9,303 nucleotides of DNA from Octopus sinensis (taxonomy: Eukaryota): the NCBI RefSeq assembly GCF_006345805.1, contig NW_021827962.1, positions 1 through 9,303 on the forward strand. Direction: 5' to 3'. Below the pieces are notes generated by a model. The model saw only the letters and a program-made list of their open reading frames with translations. It searched no databases and was not told where the DNA came from. The stretch's first letter is position 1. The number at the start of each line of letters is the position of its first letter. Below are positions 1 through 6,790 of this stretch, piece by piece. The translations under genes were made by a program, and so were the position numbers.

Positions 1-225
1 ATAACGTTGTGATAGATGCTATCTGTTTCACAGCTTCTTCTGGGGAAAGTGGTCTTGTGATTGGTCAGTCCCTCGGCGAAGATGGAGACAGATGGTTATT
101 TAAGATAGTGAGATGTGACATGAAGACTTGATTGCCATTTCAAATTAAAGAGCTAATGAAGTTAAATGAAGACAAGGGGGTAGATTTTCGGCACCCAGCT
201 GAGAGGACCGGGTGTTCGCGTCGCG

Positions 226-474
226 TCTTTGCTAGTTTCAGTTAGTAGAGTGTGGCCATACTGGAGCACCTGAAGAATTTCTAGAGGAATGAATCAATCT
301 CAGACTTATCGTTTAAAAAGCCTGGTACTTATTCTGTCATTCCTTATTTGCCGAACCGCTAGTTTAAGGGAATGTATACGCGGCAACACAAGTTGTCGAG
401 TGGTGTGGGGGGCAAGCACAGACAAAGACGCACACACACACACGCACACAAACATACACAAATACAAACACACA
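226..474 (-). mobile_element. SINE 3' part (5'-truncated, diverged): (TG)-rich microsatellite, body, and GGTGCTCCAG-type tail
   Basis: The reverse complement aligns colinearly with 4270-4480. Shared blocks are TGTCTGTG.TTG.CCCCC, TAGCGGTTCGGCAAA, GA.AGAATAAGTAC.AGGCTT, GGTGCTCCAG.ATG.CCAC and TGAAAC.AG.AAA. No tRNA head is visible. Family assignment rests on my recollection of octopus SINEs. Confidence 0.75.
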
Positions 475-650
475 TTGTACCTTTAGTTGAGGCAGTGTCA
501 CGCCGGTATCACATGACAATTACATTAAAGTTTTTGGAGTCTTCAGAATTCTTGGCCTGCTTCGACGTTAATTCAATGAGCTGACATTTTAGTTGACCGA
601 AACTCTGATGAACAGCCATGAGTAGACATTCTGAACATGACACAGATATA

Positions 651-853
651 CTCTTTTCTGCTCTAGGCACAAGGACCGAAAGTTTGGGGGCGGGAGAGCA
701 GTCGATTAGATCGACCCCAGTACGCAACTGGTACTTTAATTTATTGACCCCGAAAGGATGAAAGTTAAAGTCGATCTCGACGGAATTTGAACTCAGAACG
801 TAACGGCAGACGAAATACGGGCCACGCATTTCGCCCAACGTGCTAACGTTTCT
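651..853 (-). mobile_element. tRNA-derived SINE, copy 1 (about 12 nt missing at the 5' end; tail type ...GTCCTTGTGCCTAGAGCAGAAAAGAG)
   Basis: Minus strand has a B-box GAGTTCAAATTCC (782-794) and a partial A-box AGAAACGTTAGC (842-853). The head and core (CTTTCATCCTTTCGGGGTC..TAAATTAA.GTACCAG) align with 920-1060. Confidence 0.85.
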
Positions 854-1082
854 TATTCTTTACTGCCCACAGGGGCGAAACATGGAGGGACAAACAAGGA
901 TAGGCAAAGGGATTTAGTCGATAACATCGTCCCCAATGCGTGACTGGTACTTAATTTATCGACCCCGAAAGGATGAAAGGCAAAGTCGACCTCGGCGGAA
1001 TTTGAGCTCAGAAACGTAAAGACAGACGAAATACCGCTAAGCATTTCGCCCGGCGTGCTAACCACTCTGCCAGCTCGCCGCC
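854..1082 (-). mobile_element. tRNA-derived SINE, copy 2, full length (tail type ...CCTTGTTTGTCCCTCCATGTTTCGCCCCTGTGGGCAGTAAAGAATAAG)
   Basis: Minus strand starts GGCGGCGAGCTGGCAGAGTGGTTAGC, with a canonical A-box TGGCAGAGTGG (1062-1072) and a B-box-like GAGCTCAAATTCC (997-1009). It shares its core with 651-853 but has a different 3' tail. Confidence 0.88.
997..1072 (-). promoter_or_regulatory. Internal RNA polymerase III type-2 promoter (A and B boxes) of SINE copy 2
   Basis: A-box TGGCAGAGTGG matches TRGCNNAGYGG. The B-box GAGCTCAAATTCC deviates from the GAGTTCAAATTCC seen in copy 1. The boxes are 52 nt apart. Confidence 0.6.
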
Positions 1083-1098
1083 ATACAAATAGATATAC

Positions 1099-1402
1099 TG
1101 ACACACACACATATACACAAACAGACATACATATACATATATGTTTGTATATATGCCTATACCTACCTACCTACCTACCTACCTACCTACTTACCAACTT
1201 TCCCACCTACCCACCCCCTACCTACCTACCTACCTACCAACCTACCAACCTACCTACCTACCAACCTACCTACATACCTACCCACCTACCTACCAACCTA
1301 CCAACCTACCTACCTACCTACCTACCTACCTACTTTCCCACCTACCCACCTACCTACCTACCTACCTACATACATACATACATACATACATACATACATA
1401 CA

Positions 1403-1432
<30 letters not shown>
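1099..1432. repeat. Compound microsatellite: (CA)/(CATA)/(TA), then (CCTA/CCAA)n at about 1156-1366, then (CATA)n at about 1367-1432
   Basis: Directly visible tetranucleotide arrays; they produce the PTYL/HTYI-repeat ORFs. Confidence 0.97.
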
Positions 1433-1434
<2 letters not shown>

Positions 1435-1572
1435 AATATATACATTAGGATGGAGCGAAAAAGGTACTTTTACACAAAAGTTTCAAAATCGGTTTTTAAA
1501 TAATATATTTTTTTTTGTGTGAAATACTTTAAAACCAACTGCGTTAAAATCTGAAGTTCTCACATTTACATC

Positions 1573-1767
1573 TTCAGGCTCCGAAACTCACTTGAAATTT
1601 TGAAGAATGAGTTCAAAATCAATTTATAACTCGTTGCCGTTCCTCATTTTATTTTTTACATTTAGTTTTTCGAGTTGATTTTCTTTTCTAAAATTTTTTT
1701 CAAAGCAAGATTGTTTAACTGTCAAACTCTAAAATTTATATCTTCAGGCTCCACAACGCACTTGAAA
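1573..1767 (+). repeat. Subterminal direct repeat, 25-bp motif TTCAGGCTCC.(A/C)A(A)C.CACTTGAAA, two copies (1573-1597, 1743-1767)
   Basis: TTCAGGCTCCGAAACTCACTTGAAA and TTCAGGCTCCACAACGCACTTGAAA, 170 bp apart. A third, inverted copy is at 2890-2914 (reverse complement TTCAGGCTCCGCAACGCAATTGAAA). Confidence 0.85.
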
Positions 1768-1999
1768 TTTCCAAATTATGTGAAATAAATAGACTTTCCG
1801 ACTTTGTTTTTCTGTATAATTTTTGAAACTAGGTCACTGAATATGTGTTACATGAGGTCTAGATTGCACACACAAATTAAAATAAATAAAATGAATTGTC
1901 GAGATTGTAGCAGAAAATATAATTCTTCTTTGGCAGAAGGCAGCCACCGCTCCTCTTAAGACTGAGACAGTTAAACCGAAAATCTTAAACTTTCGTTTG

Positions 2000-2556
2000 C
2001 TGACAGTCGATGGCGACTGTGATCTGACTGATTCTTTCTCATCAACCTCTGAACGTTCTCTTTAGATGCTGTTTGATCTATTCTGTCAATGATCAGTTTT
2101 CGATTTGTCCGTTGATCCTGTAAAAAATCTTGTTCTCTCTGTGGCACTTTTGTTGTCTCTCCTACAACTGCAGTTTTTAAAGGAGTTGCACTTGCAACAG
2201 GAAACGTCAAATATTTTGTTGCATTGTTTTTAAGCACATTACACACTGTTTGAAATGGAGGCACATTTTTTCTAATGTTTGGTGCTTTACATAAAAGTTT
2301 ACGATTTTAGGTTTAATTGACTCAATCGTAACACAAGGGATTTTTTTTGCCAAAGAAGAATTATCTTTTCTACTGCAATCTTGACAATTTGTTTAACTGA
2401 AGGATTTTTCTTAACGACATTCTCTTCTTTTTCTCGTTCAAATAAAATGCATTTTAGTACGTCCTTGTAAGCTGGCAAAACTCGCTCGCTAAGATCCCAT
2501 GGAGTACCAAATATTGCGCATTCAGTATCATGACGCGTTATTGGCTTACGAATCAT
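2000..2556 (-). pseudogene. Frameshifted N-terminal remnant of a putative DNA transposase
   Basis: Stitched frames read TRHDTECAIFGTP..L....LP.YKDV...KNPSVKQIVKIAVEKIILLWQK / IPCVTIESIKPKIVNF / KIFDVSCCKCNSFKNCSCRR (Cys cluster 2161-2211) / KVPQREQDFLQDQRTNRKLIIDRID. I recognise the 'W.KASIP...FD...CKC....C.C...KVP..E..FL.DQR' pattern from invertebrate transposase-like proteins. No DDE catalytic core is present. Confidence 0.72.
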
Positions 2557-3139
2557 TACTAAATGTAAGCAACACTAAATTTAACACGATCATTAATTTT
2601 AATACAATGGCCTAAAGTCAATGTACAAAGCAGACAACTTCACATGCGTACGACGTACGTCCACACGCAACGACCGTTGCAGCAGCACCGGAGAGAAGTT
2701 CACACTCCCATCTCTTTATTGTCAATGCGGAATCTCAGGATATAAATAAATTCTATTGCCAATCGGTATGCAACCTCTTAAGGATATTATATTTGCTGTT
2801 TTGTATTCTTCTATGTAAAAATATGTATTCGTTATGGTTTATAATCCATGAAATCAAAAATCCGACCAAAAGTAAAGATTTAAACAATTTTTCAATTGCG
2901 TTGCGGAGCCTGAAAAAATATTTAACCGCAAAATTCTTTATATACCTTTGTCTTAACCCTAACTCGTAACAAAATATCGATTCTTGGTTACCAATTTCGA
3001 AAGCTGCATTTTTCGCTGCACCCTAATATATAAATATATAAAGGAATGGGCAAAAAGAGAAATTAGGGCGGTGGGAAATATAAAAATATATTGCAAAGCC
3101 TTCTACAAGTTCGCGAATGAGTCTGTCTCAGTATACAGA

Positions 3140-4219
3140 TAAGACCACTGCAGATAATTTTTCAGAGTTTCCTTGCATGTAGAAAACTTCTAAATCTGTT
3201 AAATGAGGGTATCATATGCCCTATCCATAAAGGAGGAAGTAGAGCAGATGCTAAAAAAGTATAGGCCTATCTCACTGACTTCACATGTTAGCAAGGTCAT
3301 GGAATATATTGTCAGAAGGAGACTGGTCACATTCCTGGAGGAGAATAACTTGCTCACAAACACACGCATGGTTTCCGCCCAGGGAGGAGCTGCCTCACAC
3401 GGTAGCTACAACATTATGACTGGGTACTGAAGCAGTAGCTCAGCCTCACAAATGTGGATGTGATATAACTCGACTTTGTCGAGGCCTTTGACAAGATTGA
3501 TCATGGGATAATACGTCACACACTACGCGACCTTGGAATCACAGGAAAACTGTGAGAGTAGCTGAACGATTTTTTAAAGGACAGAAGTCAGGCAGTTGCA
3601 GCCAATGGTGATCTGTCTGGGAATACATCAATCCGCAGCGGAGTTCCTCAGCAGCTACGCCGATGATACAAAAGTATCTCAGGCGACCATGAGCCCCGAT
3701 GACATAGTAAAACTGCAAAGTGACCAGCATGCAATATATAAATGGGCTGATGAAAGTAACATGTAGTTCAATGCTGATACGTTTCAAGTACTTCGCTATC
3801 GGCCCACAAATAGACTACAGTCGGACCATTACTGGGAGAAGCTACAAGAACTGAAGCTCCACTTCCAGGAGAGAAGATGAGGAAGGTATGCAGTGATATA
3901 AATATGGAAGATCCTGGAACGTCCTAATTCCCAACTTTGGACTTAAAGCTATACCAACCACCAAACTGGACGGCACTGCATAATACCAAAGATACCGTCT
4001 TCTTCATCTCAGATAAGGAACCAGTTTTGCAACAGTTTGGGCTTCAGGGGACCATGACTGTTTAACATTCTGTCTAGGAACCTACGAGATATGCAAGGTG
4101 TAGCTGAGAAAACGTTCAAGAAGCACCTGGACAAATTCCTATCCGAAATCCCAGATGAGCACACATCATGACAGGAGGCACAAAGAAGAACAGCTTCGTC
4201 CAGCTCACTTCTTCACTAA
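3140..4219 (+). mobile_element. 5'-truncated, degenerate non-LTR retrotransposon (LINE), ORF2 reverse transcriptase to C-terminus, CR1-group-like
   Basis: Across frames: PIHKGGSRADAK / YRPISLTSHVSKVME / HGFRPGRSCLT / VDVI*LDF.EAFDK.DHG / SGVPQ (3637-3651) / YADDTK (YADD 3656-3667) / W....NM*FN / YWEKLQELKL..QERR..RY..I.IWKILE / FNIL...LRD...FKKHLDKFLSEIPDE. There are many stops and frameshifts and two internal deletions. Clade assignment is by motif recollection. Confidence 0.9.
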
Positions 4220-4235
4220 AATCGGTACCGAATTT

Positions 4236-4487
4236 GTGTGTGCATGTTTGTGTGTGTATGTGTGTGTATATGTTTGTGTGTCTGTGTTTGTCCCCCCCCA
4301 CAACATCGCTTGACAACCGATGCTAGTGTGTTTACGTCCCCGTAAGTTAGCGGTTCGGCAAAAGAGACCGATAGAATAAGTACAAGGCTTACAAAGAATA
4401 AGTCCTGGGGTAGATTTGCTCGACTAAAGGCGGTGCTCCAGCATGACCACAGTCAAATGATTGAAACAAGTAAAAGAGTAAAAGAGT
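4236..4487 (+). mobile_element. SINE 3' part (5'-truncated): (TG)-rich microsatellite, body, and tail GGCGGTGCTCCAGCATGACCACAGTCAAATGATTGAAACAAG(TAAAAGAG)2
   Basis: Homologous to 226-474 (inverted). It ends in the short tandem tail TAAAAGAG x2 and shares the TAAGTAC...TGGGGT.GAT...TCGACTAA module with the SINEs at 651-1082. Confidence 0.82.
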
Positions 4488-4650
4488 ATATGTACATATA
4501 TACGTAATGCATGTATATACTAATGCTATTATATGCGCATATAAACCCACGTATATCTACATACATATACGTATAGATATTTATACATATATGCACATAT
4601 ATGCACATAAATACGTATATATATATATAAAGATGTGTGTGTGTGTAGCA
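4487..4650. repeat. Degenerate (TA)/(CA)/(TG) microsatellite
   Basis: Directly visible low-complexity TA/CA/TG runs. Confidence 0.85.
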
Positions 4651-4769
4651 TTTGTTAATAATAAACTTGAATTCCTTTCATGTTTATCAAGCTCTTTGAT
4701 AAGATGACTTACATAGAAGAAATATTTTCGCGATATTGCGAAATATTTATTTCTCTTAATACCACACAG

Positions 4770-4905
4770 AAACACACATGTACACACACACGCCCCCACA
4801 CCTACAGACGTACGCATACATACATACATACATACATACATACACACATACATAATACATACATATATACACACCCACACATGTGTGTGAATATATATAT
4901 ATACA
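4770..4905. repeat. (CA)n/(CATA)n/(TA)n compound microsatellite
   Basis: Directly visible. Confidence 0.92.
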
Positions 4906-4911
4906 CCACAT

Positions 4912-4980
4912 CATGAAGTTTATAGCAACAATAAACAGAAATCAAATTATTGATATTTCATATATACATATATACACATG

Positions 4981-5021
<41 letters not shown>

Positions 5022-5101
5022 TATAATATATATATATATGTCTGTGTGTGTGTGTATTATGTATGTATATTAATATTACATATATATATATATATATATA
5101 C

Positions 5102-5138
<37 letters not shown>

Positions 5139-5212
5139 TATATAATAGATATATATATATATATATGAAATAGAGTATTTGATTTCTGTTTATTGTTCCA
5201 ATAAACGTCATG
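4912..5212. repeat. Inverted repeat with ~50-bp arms (4912-4964 and 5162-5212) enclosing a ~200-bp (TA)n-rich array
   Basis: A perfect 21-bp inverted core AACAATAAACAGAAATCAAAT lies at 4927-4947 and 5177-5197. It extends outward with CATGA.GTTTAT.G (12/15) and inward with TATTTCATATA. Confidence 0.88.
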
Positions 5213-5446
5213 CGGTTCTTGTTACGTAATAACCCGAGTCCATGTTGGAACTTTTTCAGTATTGTTTCCACAGATGTGGGTGTTTAACGCATCAGAAAAT
5301 CGGGACCCAACCTTTAATGGCAATTTGTTGCCCATTTAGCATCTCCACGATCCCTTTTGATCGGAATTTTATTTTTCTCCTTTTTTTTCTATTTTCGAAA
5401 ATAAAGCTCTACATTGTATTCGGTCCTGTGTGGCTAATAAAGAAAC

Positions 5447-5447
<1 letters not shown>

Positions 5448-5545
<98 letters not shown>

Positions 5546-5551
5546 CTTTTG

Positions 5552-5601
<50 letters not shown>

Positions 5602-5609
5602 ATGTATGT

Positions 5610-5651
<42 letters not shown>
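5448..5651. repeat. Compound microsatellite: (TATC)n 5448-5545, (TGTC)n about 5555-5586, (TATC)n, (TA)n 5612-5651
   Basis: Directly visible GATA/GACA/TA arrays. Confidence 0.97.
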
Positions 5652-5653
<2 letters not shown>

Positions 5654-5655
5654 TA

Positions 5656-6188
5656 CAAGGGTGAGTCAGAAAGTAATGCCATTTTGTTTAGGACAGGTAT
5701 AATTACCAACACAGGAACATGTATCATACATCAAAATGAAGCTGGCCCCTCTGTGGATCACATCCCTACTTCTTAACATAGCCACCGTTTCTCTCAATAG
5801 CAATGTTCCACCTTTTGAAATGAGAGCATGTATCCTTGCCCCGTAAAATTCTGTTGATTGTTCTTTGAGCCACTTCTTCACTCCAGTTTTCACTTCCTGA
5901 TCACTGGAATAAGGTTTGCCTCTCAAACCTTGTTTCATTGGCCCGAAGAGATGATAATCCAGTGACGAGGAAGTGGCTCAAAGAACAGTCAACAGAATTT
6001 TACAGGGCAGGGATACATGCCCTCATTCGAAGGTGGAACATTGCTATTGAAAGAAACGGTGACTACGTTGAGAAGTAGGGATGTGATCCACAGAGGACCA
6101 GCTTCATTTTGATGTATGATACATGTTCCTATGTTGGAAATTATACTTGTCCCAAACCAAAATGGCATTACTTTATGATTCACCCTCG
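5656..6188. mobile_element. Non-autonomous mariner (Tc1/mariner) derivative: palindromic 3'-end/3'-end fold-back element, MITE-like
   Basis: Flanked by TA (5654-5655 and 6189-6190). Termini are CAAGGGTGAGTCAGAAAGTAATGCC and reverse complement CGAGGGTGAATCATAAAGTAATGCC. Arms 5656-5908 and 5958-6188 are inverted copies (about 90% by eye). The minus strand encodes DYHLFGPMKQGLRGKPYSSDQEVKTGVKKWLKEQSTEFY; the plus strand encodes KWLKEQSTEFYRAGIHALIRRWNIAIERNGDYVEK*. Both are the canonical mariner transposase C-terminus. Confidence 0.92.
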
Positions 6189-6387
6189 TACATAAAATTA
6201 AGAAGGATAGAGGCAAATATATATGTGTGTGTGTGTGTGTGAACGCATCTTTGTATATTGTGGAGGATTTCGACAATTTGAAATGGATTGAATGAATATA
6301 TACACTGACCTTTGAAATTTGCTTCCCTCCTTAATTTTATATTCCTGAAGCCCCATTAGAGTGCTAATTAGTTAAGGTGTATAAAGT

Positions 6388-6563
6388 GTGTATATATATA
6401 TATATATGCAGATACACACATACACATATATATATATTTATGCATTGATACACTCACACCCGCGCACACTCATGCATATGTGCGCACACCTGGATGTATC
6501 TGTTTATGTCTATTGCTTATGTGTATGTAATGTGTGTGCATGTGCGTCTGCGTGTGTGTGTGT
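6388..6563. repeat. Degenerate (TA)/(CA)/(TG) microsatellite
   Basis: Directly visible. Confidence 0.85.
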
Positions 6564-6583
6564 AGGTATAAAAATAAGACCAA

Positions 6584-6790
6584 CTAGAAACGGCCGCTGG
6601 GTGCGCACCGATCAAAAGTAACCAAACCAAAATCAAAGAAAATCTAAAAAGAAAAAACAAAGCGAAGAAATAAAAACACTGAAGCGCGACAAGAAGCGAA
6701 ACCAACAGTGGCACAGTCAACCCATGGCACATAAAACCCATGGCACATAAAACCCATGGCACAGTAAATGGATAGTGTAAAAATGGCAAA
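6584..6790 (-). mobile_element. Possible non-autonomous Helitron 3' end (5' boundary undefined)
   Basis: Minus strand reads GGTGCGCACC (10-bp palindrome, 6600-6609), a 12-nt spacer, then CTAG (6584-6587) followed by T. This is the Helitron 3' signature geometry. An internal minisatellite is adjacent. There is no Rep/helicase coding sequence. Confidence 0.35.
6708..6766 (+). repeat. 16-bp minisatellite AACCCATGGCACATAA, about 3.5 copies
   Basis: Exact units at 6719-6734 and 6735-6750, a near-exact unit at 6751-6766, and a partial TGGCACAGT at 6709-6717. Confidence 0.93.

Larger units (their letters stand above)
1446..3025 (-). mobile_element. Decayed, internally deleted TIR DNA transposon, probably hAT superfamily (hATm-like)
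   Basis: TIRs are TAGGATGGAGCGAAAAAGG (1446-1464) and the reverse complement of 3007-3025, TAGGGTGCAGCGAAAAATG (16/19 identical). Flanks ATATACAT (1438-1445) and ATATATAA (3026-3033) match 6/8, compatible with a decayed 8-bp TSD. An inverted subterminal 25-bp motif occurs at both ends and a transposase-like remnant lies inside. The superfamily call is from memory of TAGGGTG-ended elements and needs a database check. Confidence 0.75.

Noticed and set aside
3-131. 42-codon open stretch at the window start (NVVIDAICFTASSGESGLVIG...)
   Set aside because: No recognisable motif, truncated by the window edge, and no supported splice sites.
997-1082. Possible tRNA gene
   Set aside because: A and B boxes are present, but I cannot fold a cloverleaf, and the sequence continues into a SINE core duplicated at 700-853. 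It is a SINE head.
1161-1366. Telomere-like repeat
   Set aside because: The unit is TAGG/TTGG, not TTAGGG or TTAGG; an ordinary tetranucleotide microsatellite.
1055-1503. ORFs of 120-126 aa rich in PTYL/HTYI
   Set aside because: Translations of (CCTA)n/(CATA)n arrays, which lack stops in some frames; no coding evidence.
3061-3080. ATTAGGGCGGTGGGAAA resembles the TAGGGTG TIR start
   Set aside because: Similarity is limited to about 6 nt, with no partner end and no subterminal motif.
1961-3132. 10-bp inverted match ACTGAGACAG (1961) / CTGTCTCAGT (3123)
   Set aside because: It does not extend on either side; compatible with chance.
5165-5271. LLRNKNRMTFIGTINRN on the minus strand resembles the piggyBac 'L.....T..GT.R.N' motif
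   Set aside because: The upstream DN.(F/Y)TS motif and any other piggyBac block are missing. Part of the match is the inverted-repeat arm. Too short to support.
4507-5652. Several ORFs rich in YI/LSIY/VCMY repeats
   Set aside because: Microsatellite translations.
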